A stretch of DNA of 64,000 bases from Leucoraja ocellata (taxonomy: Eukaryota), in assembly GCA_036785375.1 (NCBI GenBank), contig JAWMAR010000094.1, positions 3,224,001 to 3,288,000 of the forward strand, written 5' to 3'. The notes beneath the pieces were generated by a model. The model saw nothing but the letters and a program-made list of their open reading frames with translations, had not been told where the DNA came from and did not search any database. Shown piece after piece: positions 48,689 through 60,636 of the stretch (position 1 is its first letter; every line of letters begins with the position of its first letter). Both the position numbers and the translations under genes were made by a program.

Positions 48689-51600
48689 CTGGCAAGTGGA
48701 AAGAAACAGCGGGGTCACATCGATGATTAATGATATCGCACAAGTTTCATTGACCTTAGATAGACACATAATGCTGGAGTAACTCAGCGGGTCAGGCAAC
48801 ATCTCTGGAGAAAAGGAATAGGTGTCGTTTCTGGTAGAGCCAGATCTGAAGAAGGGTCGACCCAAAACATCACCTATTCCTTTTCTCCAGAGATGCTGTC
48901 TGACCCGCTGAGTTACTCCAGCTTTTTGTGTCTATCTTCGATTTTACCCAGCATCTGCAGTTCCTTCCCACACATTTAATTTACCTCAGATGTTTACCAT
49001 TGTAGTCTACCTATCTATTGCCGACTAGGCTTTAATTCTTTTGCAATACAGCTCCACCCCCGATCTTACAGCAACTGATGGACCGGCACCTCCTTAATCC
49101 GGACAAAACCACGAGAGCGCACTTGAAATCCCCCCTGGAAGTCCCCCTTGCACACGTGGCCCCTATCGGTGAGGCGGCCAATCTCAATCTCATCGGGGGG
49201 GGGGGACTTCCGCGGCTGATCGCCGGGTCAGATTTTCCCCCCTGCGGCCGGAGCTCTGGAACTCTGACCCGGCCGGAGCCAGCAGATCCGTTCCCATGGC
49301 CGACTTCCAAGGCCGGCTTTGCAGGCCGCGACCTCTGGCGATCCGGCAAAACGGATAATACGGCAAGGCTCGGGAACCGAGGGTGCCGGAGAATCGGCAG
49401 CGGTCCTGTATTGTTAAATCATTCCTCCGCTATTCCCTGCTGAGGTCAAAAAAAATATTACGGCATTTCTAAATGGGTAAATGATATTAGGTTTTAGTGC
49501 TATGTTTATTATCGTCATGTGTACTACAGTGACAAGCTTGGTATTGCACGCTATCCAAACTGATCAGATGATACTATGCATAACACACCAGGATCTTGAT
49601 CGGTTGGGTAGGCAAGCTGAGGAATGGTTAATGGAGTTTGATGCAGATAAGTGGGAGGTGGTGCGTTTTGGAAAGTCTAACCAGGGCAGGACCTATACCG
49701 TGAATGGCAGGGCTCTTTGGAGTGTTATACATCAGAGGGATGTAAGAGTGCAGGTAAAATGTGTCGGAAGGAACTGCCGATGCAGGTTTACATCAAAGAC
49801 AGACACTAAAGCTGGAGTAACTCAGCGGGTCAGGATGCATCTCTGGCCTGGGGCCTACACAAACTCCCAGTTACCCAACACTTTAACTCCCCTTCACATT
49901 CCCACACGGACCTTTCTGTCCTGGGCCTCCTCCACTGTCAGAGTGAGGCCACACACACAAAATGGAGGAACAGCGCCTCATATTTCGCTCGGGCAGCTTA
50001 CAACTGAGCGGTATGAACATTGATATCTCTAACATTGATACTCCCTCTCTCTCTCTCTCTCTCCCCCCTCCCCCACCCTAGCCATCCTGCTAGTTCCACT
50101 GTTCACTTCCCTGTAACCCTTCGTTATCACTTCTTCCACAGCCAACCATGGACAACTTTTCCATTGCCATCAGTGGCGGCTCTAATTTGTCCTGTACCTT
50201 TTCATACCTCTAGTTTCCCCCTCCCCCGACTCTCAGTCCCGAAACATCACCTAGTCCTTTTTTTCCAGAGATGCTGCCTGTCATGCTTGAGTTACTCCAG
50301 CACATTGAGTCTATCATTGGTGTAAACCAGCATCTGCAGTTCCTTCCTACACATCCTCACATCATTGAACACAGATCACTGGCTCCCTATCATCTGCTCC
50401 ATTGTGATGCCTGCTATCTTCTCCCACAAGACCTGCTGACTTACACCAGCTTTTGTGTCTCTCTTTGCACTCTTAGATGCCTTTGATCTACAGTTCTGGT
50501 CACCCCAAGACAGGAAGGATATGGAGGTGTGTATAAGATCATAAGAGGAATAGATGTGGTCTTTACCCAGAGAAGAGGAACCAAGAACCAGAGGGCATAG
50601 GTTAAATGTGATGGGGTGGGGGGGGGTGTATGTATATGGAACAAGCTGTCGGAGGAGGTAGTTGAGGCAGGTACTATCACAATGTTCAAAAAACATTTAG
50701 ACAGGCACATGGATTAGAGGGATATGGGCCAAACGCAGGCAGTTGAATACTGTACAGGTTATATGGGGCATGTTGGTCGGCATGGGCATGTTGGGCCAAT
50801 GGAACTGTTTCCATGCTGTATATCTCTGAACACAATCAGGTCAAACTTAAATACAACAGGTAGAGCAAAGGGGATAAGCACAGAGTGTATAATATACAGT
50901 AGTTCTCAGCATTGAAGTGCACCAGCTCCACAGACAAAGTCTAATGTCTGCAATGGGGTGGAGGTGAATCGGTTAGTGAAGTTTAGTTTAGTTTAGTTTA
51001 TTGTCACGTGTACCGAGGTACAGTGAAAAGCTTTTGTTGCGTGCTAACCAGTCAGCGGAAAGACAATACATGATTACCATTGATCCATGTACTGTGTATA
51101 AGATACATGATAAGGTTTAGTGCAAGGTAAAGCCAGCAAAGTCCGATCAAGGGTAGTCCGAGGGTCACCAAAGAGGTAGACTGTGGTTCAGCACTGCTCT
51201 CTGGTTGTGATGGGATGATTCAGTTGCCCGATAACAGCTGGGAAGAAACTGTCCCTGATTCTGGACGTGTGCGTTTTCGCACTTCTGTACCTCTTGCCTG
51301 ATGGGAGAGGGGAGAAGAGGGAGTGACCAGGGTGAGACTGGTCCTTGATGATGCTGCTGGCCTTGCCGAGGCAGCGTGAGGTGTGGATGGAATCAATGGC
51401 AGGGAGGTTGGTTTGTGTGATGGTCTGGGCTGCATCCACAATTCGCTGCCATTTCTTGGATGGAGCTGTTCCCAAACCAGGCTGCGGTGCTTCCCGATCA
51501 GATGCGTTGGGATGCTTTGGGAAAACAGGGCAGAATACTGAATATGGATATGAATAATAATGAGCGGACACGATCAAAATGAATCACGTCCAGTTTAGAG

Positions 51601-51780
51601 TTGAATCACATCCAGTCCGATGCATTTTTTCCATATCCGTTCCACAAATATTGCCTTGAGCTAAGGCTGGACTGAGCTCATTTCGGTTCTGCATAAAGGT
51701 TTGGCATCAGCATTCTTAGGCAATGCAATTTGACAAAAAAGACTGAGGGTGAAGGGCACAGCGGTAGAGTTGTTGCCTAA

Positions 51781-52023
51781 AGGGCCTGTCCCACTTGGGT
51801 GATTTTTTCGGAGACTGCCGGCACCATTGACTGACATATCAGGGTCACCAAAAGATTTTGAACATTTCAAAATCCAGACCAAAAAAATGTTGCGACACTT
51901 GAGGAGGCCCCGCTCGTCAATACATCATCAAGCCACGTCACGCCGCGACGTTCTCAGTGACCTGATTCGTCAGTCAATGATGCCAACGTTCGCCGAAAAA
52001 AATCGGCAAGTGGGACAGGCCCT
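51781..52023. mobile_element. Harbinger-type MITE inserted in a V-SINE head
   Basis: TIR agggcctgtcccacttg. TAA/TTA flanks interrupt the SINE motif gttgccttacagcgcc. Confidence 0.82.
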
Positions 52024-53489
52024 TTACAGCGCCGGAAACCCGGGTTCGATCCTGACTACGGGTGTTGTCTGTACGGAGTTTGTACGTTCTCCCCGTGACC
52101 TGCGTGGGTTTTCTCCGGGATCCCCAGTTTCCCCCCAAGCTCTAAAGACGAAAAAAGTTTGAAGACAAATTGTAAGTTGTCCCTAGTGTGTGTGGGATTG
52201 TGCTAGTGTGCGGGGATCGCTGGTCGGTGCGGTCACGGCCAATGGACCTGTTTCCGTGCTGTATCTCTAAACTAAAACTAAAATAACATCAACTTTTGGT
52301 TTCAATAGTAAATCACAACTATATTGGTAGCCATGGTGACCTTTTCCGCTGCTCCACCGCTGTAGGCCGCGTGCGGTCCACATGCTGGGCCTCTTGGAGC
52401 GGTCCCCGGTCCAGCCGAGCCCCTGGCTGCTGCAGGGCCTCCAGCGGCCACTCCCCCGTCTAGGCCATGCATGCCCTCCCGCAGCCGGTCTGCTCGCCAG
52501 CCCTCCATGGGGGTCCAGTGGGCCCTCGATCCACCACGGTTCACTGGGCCTTCATGTCCTCCGGGTGGGCACCGCGGCCACGGCACCTCGGCAAAGCCTC
52601 TGCCACACGGTGACTTTGCAGATGGGGTATACCAGAACGCTGCCTGGATTTGTAGGTGTTAGCCACAGAGGGAGGTTGGACAGACGTGGATTGTGTCATC
52701 TGCAACACTGTGGTTGCGGGGAGACCTGATAGAAGTAGAGTGTGTCGAATTACGAGGCGTAGATGGGGTAGACACTCACAACCTTTATCCCAGGATGGGG
52801 AAATCTAATACGAGAGGTCATTAGCTTCAAGGTGTAGAGGGGCAAAGTTTAAAGGTGATGTATTGTGCTGTGAGTGGTGGGTGCTTGGAACCCGTTGCCA
52901 GGGCTGGTGATGGAGGCATTTACAATAGTGGTGTTCAAGAGGCCTTTGGATAGGCACACGAACGTGCAGGGAGTGGAGGGAGATGCATCTTGTGGCAGCC
53001 ACGGTGGCTCAGCGGTAGAGTTGCTGCCTTACAGCGCTTGCAGCACGGAGACCCAGGTTCGAACCCGACTACGGGTGCTGTCTGTATGGAGTTTGTACGT
53101 TCTCCCGGTGACCTTTTCTCCGAGATCTTCAGTTTCCTCTCACACTCCAACGACGTGCAGGTTTGTAGGTTAATTGGCTTGGTAAATGTAAAAATTGTCC
53201 CTAGTGGGTGTAGGATAGTATTAATGTGCGGGGATCGCTGGTCGGTGGGCCGAAGGGCCTGTTTTCGTGCTGTATCTCTAAACTAAACTGAAAGTGCAGG
53301 CAGAAGAGATTAGTTTAACTTGGCATCATGTTCGGCGCAGGGATTGTGGGCCAAAGGGCCCTTTCCTGGGCTGTACTACTCAAAGTTCCATGTTCTTAAA
53401 CCACAGGTTATGGAAACTCGCATTGTAAAAACAATTGTGTCATTGAGGGCTCCAATATTTCAAACTTGCAATTACAGTCTTTCTCCCGA

Positions 53490-54867
53490 AAAAACGAATA
53501 CTCTAATTTTGGAAACATACATCTGCCCCTACACTCAACATGTGGATTACAAACATGTCCGAGACGCTACATCTTGAAAATATGAGACTCGTCTTAGCAG
53601 AAAAACCAGAGCATTTTTCGAAGACATGGACACCATTCATTGATACATTCAAGAGCGGAACTCGCTATCAAAACATGGAGGGGTCCGGGGGACATAATGT
53701 TTTGGCGGCCACATGCGCGCACACATACACACAAGCGCGCGAGGCTTCGGAGGCTCAATCCAGCGCTAAATGCAGCTCAACTCTGCCTGTCTCTCCGGGT
53801 TAACTACAGCCCTGCCTAGACTGACGGGACACCAGCGCTGCTTCTCAGCGCTGGCCATATTTCCCGCAAGTCCTGGACGGCTGTAGGCTCACCTGGCAGG
53901 ACAGGCAGAGTTGAGCTGGGTTTAGCGCTGTTTCTCTGCACTGGCCCGTCTGATTCCCGACCAAACATCCTATAGCAGAGGTACACAAAATTGCTGGAGA
54001 AACTCAGCGGGTGCAGCAGCATCTATGCAGCGAAGAAAATAGGTGACGTTTTGGGCCGAAACCCGTCGGCCCGAAACGTTGCCTATTTTCTTCGCTCCAT
54101 AGATGCTGCTGCACCCGCTGAGTTTCTCCAGCAATTTTGTGTACCTTCGATTCTCCAGCATCTGCAGTTCCTTCTTGACATCCTATAGCGGAGGATCTTT
54201 GCTGCCGATTTCTCTGGCCACCCACGGGGGGGGGGGGGGGGGGATGGGGGGGGGGCGCTCGGGAGGGGACAGGACAGCGCCGGAGAGCCGGCCGGGATCA
54301 TCCTGGCTGCGGATGAAGCGCAGGTCTGTGCCACGTCTCCCTCCTCCAATCACCGCCCTCGATCATCAGTCCCACCCCCACTGTCTCGTAGAGAGCGGAG
54401 GTTTCACCGGGTTTTAAAATCCGGTTTACAAAAACTTGGGGGGGATGTCCCCCACCTCTCAAAACATGGGGGAGACGTGTCCCCTCTGTCTCCATTACAA
54501 GGATAGTATGGTGCAACATAATGTTGGAGTTAAATCTAATTACGGGTTGGGTGATGGGTGGGGAGGGATACGAGGCAGGTATATCATCACCTTTTGTTTT
54601 TCTTTCTGTTTTGGTCGTTTTATTTCTCTACGTCTTCCTTATTTCTTTTACTTACTCACTCTTTGACTTCACCAATTTGGTAGTCTAGGGGTTCTATCCT
54701 TGCACATTCCACCTTTTCCCTCTCTTGCTTTCTCTCTCTTCTTTTCTCTCAACTTTTAGCGAAAAATTAAAATTGAAGCTGTACAATAACTGTATTATGA
54801 TATATGCCGCTGTTTATATTTGTGTACACTGCTTCCAATAAATTAAAAAACAAAAAACAAAAACAAA
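53490..54867 (+). mobile_element. L1-like LINE 3' end with nested insertions (~53650-54500)
   Basis: W..TSAPTLNMWI...LHLE...FSKTWTPFI ORF2-like C-terminus, T-rich 3'UTR, AATAAA plus A-rich tail. Confidence 0.6.
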
Positions 54868-55073
54868 GTCGTGATTCCACGGGATTTTCCCACGGGAAAA
54901 ATAAAGCTTGAAATCGCGCACCACCAGACTCGGGAACAGCTTCTTCCCCTCTGTTATCAGGCTTCTGAACGGTCCTTCCATCAGCTAGGGTACTGTCCGA
55001 TTCCCCATTGGGGACATTGGACTTTGTCTATGGAACTGATGCGCTACAATGCTGAGAACTATATTCTGTATGT

Positions 55074-55706
55074 ATAGAAACATAGAAATTAGGTGCAGGA
55101 GTAGGCCATTCGGCCCTTCGAGCCTGCACTGCCATTCAATATAATCATGGCTGATCATCCAACTTAGTATCCCGTACCTGCCTTCTCTCCATACCCTCTG
55201 ATCCCCTTAGCCACAAGGGCCACATCTAACTCCCTCTTAAATATAGCCAATGAACTGGCCTCGACTACCCTCTGTGGCAGAGAGTTCCAGAGATTCACCA
55301 CTCTCTGTGTGAAAAAAGTTCTTCTCATCTCGGTTTTAAAGGATTTCCCCCTTATCCTTAAGCTGTGACCCCTTGTCCTGGGCTTCCCCAACATCGGGAA
55401 CAATCTTCCTGCATCTAGCCTGTCCAACCCCTTAAGAATTTTGTAAGTTTCTATAAGATCCCCTCTCAATCTCCTAAATTCTAGAGAGTATAAACCAAGT
55501 CTATCCAGTCTTTCTTCATAAGACAGTCCTGACATCCCAGGAATCAGTCTGGTGAACCTTCTCTGCACTCCCTCTATGGCAATAATGTCCTTCCTCAGAT
55601 TTGGAGACCAAAACTGTACGCAATACTCCAGGTGTGGTCTCACCAAGACCCTGTACAACTGCAGTAGAACCTCCCTGCTCCTATACTCAAATCCTTTTGC
55701 TATGAA
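55074..55706 (-). mobile_element. CR1-type LINE 3' fragment, young subfamily
   Basis: Near-identical reverse copy of the 8917 and 42410 elements. Confidence 0.93.
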
Positions 55707-56737
55707 TCTTCCGCTTTGCTCTATCTATTGTACTTGAGTTTGACTAGATTTGTTGTTGTGAATTGTCTGAATAACATGCACAACAAAGCTTTCACTGTAC
55801 CTTGGCACACATGACAATAATAAACCTAACCCCACTAATAGCAGAGCAGCACAACAGCAGAGTTGCTGCCTTACAGCGCCAGGGACACAGGTTTCGATCC
55901 TGACTCTGGGTGCTTCCTGTATGTATCTACAATTATTTACCAAAGCCAATTCACCTACAAACCTGTACGTCTTTGGAGTGTGGGAGGAAACCGGAGCACC
56001 CGGGGAAAACCCACGCAGTCACAGGGAGAACGTGCGAACTCCGTACAGACAGCGCCCATAATCAGGATCGAATCTGGGTGTCCGGCGCTGTGACTCAAAC
56101 ACACTACCGCTGTGCCACTGTGCAGTTTTAGACAATATACAACAGGTGCAGGAGTAGGCCATTCGGCCCTTCGAGCCAGCACCGCCATTCAATGTGATCA
56201 TGGCTGATCATCCCCAATCAGTACCCCGTTCCTGCCTTCTCCCCATATCCCCTGACTCCGCTATCTTTAAGAGCCCTATCTAGCTCTCTCTTGAAAGCAT
56301 CCAGAGAACCTGCCTCCACCGCCCTCTGATGCAGAGAATTCCACAGACTCACCACTCTCTGTGAGAAAAAGTGTTTCCTCCTCTCCGTTCTAAATGGCTT
56401 ACCCCTTATTCTTAAACTGTAGCCCCTGGTTCTGGACTCCCTCAACATCGGGAACATTTCCTGCCTCTAAGTGTGTCCAAGCCCTTAACAATCTTATATG
56501 TGTCAATGAGAACCCCTCTCATCCTTCTAAACTCCAGAGTGTACAAGCCCAGCTGCTCCATTCTCTCAGCATATGACATTTAGAATTGGTTAAATCTAAA
56601 TTGGTTAAAACAAATATTTTGATTTACTATTGATTAAAACTAAAATATGCATGGTTTAAAAACACCTGTCTTTTCTTGTGTCATTTTGAGCAAGATGCCG
56701 GTGTCTTCTTTAGTCGCCTCAAGTGTTAAAACGTTAC

Positions 56738-57028
56738 CTTGAATGATGAGGGTGTCCGTGTTTCCAATGGGTGAAGTGTCCTCGTCGGTCTGTGCTTCAA
56801 TCTGCTCCTTGGCCTCATCATCAGGTGGTTTTAGTTCTCTCATGAAGCTGGTTGTGATGAACTTGCCGTGTCTGTGCTTCAGAGTCATGGTGAACCATCG
56901 TTTCCCTGGTGATTCTGCACCCTGGTGGGGCCAGTCAACATGGTGGTTGTGTGTGGAATACCGGCTGATTTCACATTCCAATTCCTCGTGTTTCCCGTCT
57001 ACATATTGGAAAATATCCACAGAGGAGC
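56738..57028 (-). CDS. TAPBPL: Tapasin-family gene exon 3 (LECEISRY...VDWP...RWFTMTLKH)
   Basis: ttctcttaccag acceptor, gtaacg donor, 291 nt, phase 1-1. CEISRY is the tapasin-family Cys71 motif. Confidence 0.92.
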
Positions 57029-58263
57029 CTGGTAAGAGAAGGAAAAGTTTGCATTTCTATTGGGCAGAAAGATGATTCACAAGCATCGTCGAGTGGTACT
57101 GGGTGGAAACAGGCCCAACCTGCCCACAACGGGCAACATGTCCCATCTACACTCGTCCCACCTGCCTGCGTATAACCTATATCCCACAGTCTGCAGAAGG
57201 GTCTCGACCCGAAACGTCACCCATTCCTTCTCTCATGCCTGTCCCGCTGAGTTACTCCAGCATTTTGTGTCTACCTATATCCCTCTAAACCAGTCCTATC
57301 CATGATGTACCTGATACATACATCCATATACACTTCATGAGGATGTAGTTGAGGTGCCAGACTGTCACAATGGTCAAGAAACATTTAGATAGGTACATGG
57401 GTAGGATTGGTTTAGAGGGTTATGAGCCAAACGCAGGCAGGAGGGACTACCGTAGATGGGGCACGTTGGTCGGCATGGGCAAGTTGGGCCAAAGGGCCTG
57501 TTTTCACACCGTGTGACTCCATAAAAACACTTTAGAAATACTACTCGTGCATCACAGCCTGGCTCAGTGAAATTGAACTCTCAACAACAAAGGCTGCAGA
57601 AAGTGGTGGACTAGGCCCAATCCATCACGGGTACTGACCTTCCCGCCATTGCAGGGTGGTGAATCTGTGGAATTCTTTGCCACAGACGGCTGTGGAGACC
57701 AAGTCAGTGGATATTTTTACAGCAGAGATAGATGGTTTCTTGATTAGAAACATAGAAAATAGGTGCAGGATGAGGCCATTCGGCCCTTCGTGCCAGCACC
57801 GCCATTCATTGTGATCATGGCTGATCGTCCCCAATCAATAACCCGTGCCTGCCTTCTCCCCATATCCCTTGATTCCACTAGCCCCTAGAGCTCTCTCTTA
57901 AATCCATCCAGTGACTTGGCCTCCACTGCCCTCTGTGGCCGGGAATTCTACAAATTCACAACTCTCCGGGTGAAAAAGTTTTTTCTCACCTCAGTCTTAA
58001 ATGGCCTCCCCTTTATTCTAAGATTAGTATGGGTGTCATAGGTTACAGGCAGAAGGCCCATAATGGGGTTAGGAGGGAGAGATACATCAGCCAGGATTGA
58101 ATGGCGGAGCAGACTTGATGGGCAGAATGGCCTAATTCTGCTCCTATCACTTATGACCTCATGAAGGGATCGGCAAGAAGTACTGCCTCAAGAAGGCAGC
58201 TAATAGAAATTGTCTATCCACAAAAAAACCTGCTTGTTGACTTCACTTGATGTGTAAGGGTAC

Positions 58264-58443
58264 CTTTAACTTTAAAATGAATTGCTTTCTCATTGGTATC
58301 GATACCACCAAAGAGCAGTAACGCCTTCCTCGAGACGGTCGTGTGGTCCAACATATGAGCCTCTTCATTTTGCTTCTCTTCTCGAAAGGTGCATTCCAAC
58401 TTTCTGTTTACATCAGTGTGTCCATTCTGGGCCAGCGCCGTCC
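58264..58443 (-). CDS. TAPBPL: Tapasin-family gene exon 2 (N-domain; RKLECTFREE...KALLLFG)
   Basis: ttttcag acceptor, gtaccc donor, 180 nt, phase 1-1. Contains the Cys7-equivalent and the ALLL strand. Confidence 0.85.
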
Positions 58444-59041
58444 CTGAAAAGGTAGAAAGTATAAAACAAAGGGAACGTTTTTTAACAATGCTTGAACAAC
58501 GCCACTTCATTGAGAATATATGCCTATAAACAAGATGTCTATAAACATATGTCTATACGTCTATAAACAAAAGTGCTGGACTAACTCAGCGGGTCAGCAT
58601 CTGCGGAGAAAAAGAATAGGTGGCGTTTCGGGTCGGGACCCTTCTTCAGACAACCTGAAAGGATTAAACCCCTGTCCCACAGTACGAGTTCACTCCAAGA
58701 GCTCTCCCGAGTTTGCCCCGATTCGAACTCGGAGATTTACGGTAATGGCCACTCGTCGGTACTCGGGGCTCTCGTGGACAGTTTTCATCACGTTGAAAAA
58801 TCTTCACGAGTCTTCCCGTGCTTACCTGCCGTTAGCGAGTCTTCCCGAGTACCTGCCGTTAGCGTTACGAGCCGCTAAGTGACGTCCCCGAGCTCTGACG
58901 TACCCGCTACGTTCATTCTCCGTGCTTACCACGAGTTTGATTTTTTTTTAAACTCGGGAGAGCTCTTGGAATGAACTCGTACCGTGGGACAGGGCTATTA
59001 GGAGATGTGTGGGGCTCTTTGTTTTACACAGAGAGTGATCC

Positions 59042-59180
59042 CTTCTTCTTCTTTCGTGTGGCGTGCACAGCCTAAAGTTGTTGGACAACTTGTTCTATTT
59101 GATCTTCCGTTTGTGCACGTCGAGTTGATTGCATTAGTCGAAACAGGGCGGACCACGTGAGGGTTGCAATCTTCCACCCC
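59042..59180 (-). mobile_element. ~140-bp ribozyme-headed non-autonomous retroposon, copy 1
   Basis: (GAA)n tail. Imperfect TSD acagagagtgat/acagagggtggt. Inserted in a CR1 fragment. Confidence 0.7.
59127..59180 (-). ncRNA. Minimal HDV-like ribozyme motif, copy 1
   Basis: P1 GGGGUGG/CCGCCCU with G1-U wobble, P2 GAUUGCA/UGCAAUC, P3 ACC/GGU, L3 CUCACGU, minimal P4 U-UUCG-A, J4/2 CUAA. Confidence 0.75.
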
Positions 59181-59730
59181 ACAGAGGGTGGTGAGCAAAG
59201 ATTATAGAGCTCCTCTAGTATCTTTGGTGGTGAGTGCCTGGAACTTGCTGCCGGGGGTGTGGTGGAGGCAGATAGGATAGTGGCGTTTAAGAGATTTTTG
59301 GATGGGCACATGATATGGATCACGTGCAGGCAGATAAGAGTTGTTCTTGGCATCATATTGGGCACAGACATTGTGGGCTGAAGGGCCTGTTCCTGTGCTG
59401 TACTGTTGTATGCTGTATGGTCCCAAAGAAGCAACACACGCCCCTGCTTTAGGATATTGTTGCTGCCTGCGCCTGAGGTTGAATTTATAACGACTAAACT
59501 GGATATTCGGTTTGCTGGAGGTCCAATGGGAATGGTGGGTGTGGGGAGGAACTGCAGATGCTGCTTTAAGCCGAAGGTAGACACAAAATACTGGTGTAAC
59601 TCAGCGGGACAGGCAGCGTCTCTGGAGAGAAGGAATGGGTGACGGGGTCCAGTGCCTTCTTCAGACACGGGTTCAATGTAACACTAAGCCAGCGCGGTGC
59701 GAATCGGCTGACAGCGCAGGGTGGTCTTAC

Positions 59731-59764
59731 CAGCGACGAGAATGTAAAGGAGCAGAGCGAACAT
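59731..59764 (-). CDS. TAPBPL: Tapasin-family gene exon 1, signal peptide (MFALLLYILVA)
   Basis: ATG, hydrophobic stretch, G|gtaag phase-1 donor. Joins exon 2 to give MFALLLYILVAGTALA-QN. An ISRE lies just upstream. The symbol denotes tapasin-like; orthology to human TAPBPL/TAPBPR is not established. Confidence 0.82.
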
Positions 59765-59829
59765 GCCGAGGGGTAGACGTGGAGCGGGGTCGATGTAGAG
59801 CGGGGTTGATGTCACCCCAAGGCTAGTCA

Positions 59830-59845
59830 TTTCACTTTCGATTTC
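59830..59845 (-). promoter_or_regulatory. ISRE / IRF element GAAATCGAAAGTGAAA
   Basis: Three GAAA cores with 2-nt spacing, about 65 bp upstream of the tapasin-like ATG. Confidence 0.8.
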
Positions 59846-59863
59846 TCGAGTCCTACGCGGTAG

Positions 59864-59902
59864 CTTCCGGGGTATTCCAGCATCTAATGTAAGGTAGATT
59901 GG
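59864..59902. promoter_or_regulatory. kappaB site GGGGTATTCC (59869-59878), ETS core CTTCCGG (59864-59870), CCAAT box (59898-59902, minus strand)
   Basis: Exact match to GGGRNWYYCC. The motifs cluster next to the ISRE. Confidence 0.55.
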
Positions 59903-59924
59903 TTTCGAGATTGTTACTGTGCAG

Positions 59925-60140
59925 GCAGGGGCAGGACAAGGGCGGGTAGTGTGGGCGGAGAGGGAGGAGAGAGGGGTGAGGGGTGGAAAGGAGAAGGGGG
60001 AGGGAGGGTTGGACAGGGTGGGGGTGGAGAGGGGAATGGGAGGGAGGGTTGGAGGGGGGGGTTGGAGAACGGGGGGGGGGGGGAGGAGAGCGGATGGTAT
60101 GGGGAGGGGAAGGGGGTGGTGGAGGAGAGGAGGGATTGCC
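59925..60140. repeat. G/A-rich low-complexity tract upstream of the tapasin-like promoter
   Basis: Many G3+ runs on +. Confidence 0.85.
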
Positions 60141-60636
60141 AGAGGTGATGGCATTAACAGTCTGGAGGCTGGTGGCCTGGAGTCTGTCTGTGGGGTCATG
60201 GTCAATGTGTAGGTTTGAGGAGGTGTGGCAATCAAACTCGATGGGATTGTGCGGAGGGAGAATTGTCATGGGTGTCATGTCATGATCAATGAACGGTGGA
60301 CCAGGATCGAAGGGCCAAATGGCTTCTCCCCAGCCCCTTAGAGTTGCTTCCTTACAGCGCCAGAGACCCGGGTTCGATCCTGACTACGGGTGCTGGCTGT
60401 ACGGAGTTTGTACATTCTCCCTGTGACCTGCGTGGGTTTTCTCTGGGTGCTCCGGTTCCCCCCCACACTCCAAAGACGTACAGGTTTTTGTAGGTTAATT
60501 GGCTTGATAGCAATGTAAATTATCCCTAGTGTGCAGGATAGTGTTAGTGTGCGGAGAGTCGCTGGTCGGCGCGGACTCTGTGGCCCAAAGGGCCTGTTTC
60601 CATGCTATATGTCTAAACTAGACTAAGCTATTTCTT

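Noticed and set aside
59765-59830. In-frame upstream ATG extending the tapasin-like N-terminus
   Set aside because: It overlaps the ISRE, so it is probably upstream of the TSS. The downstream ATG gives a canonical signal peptide.
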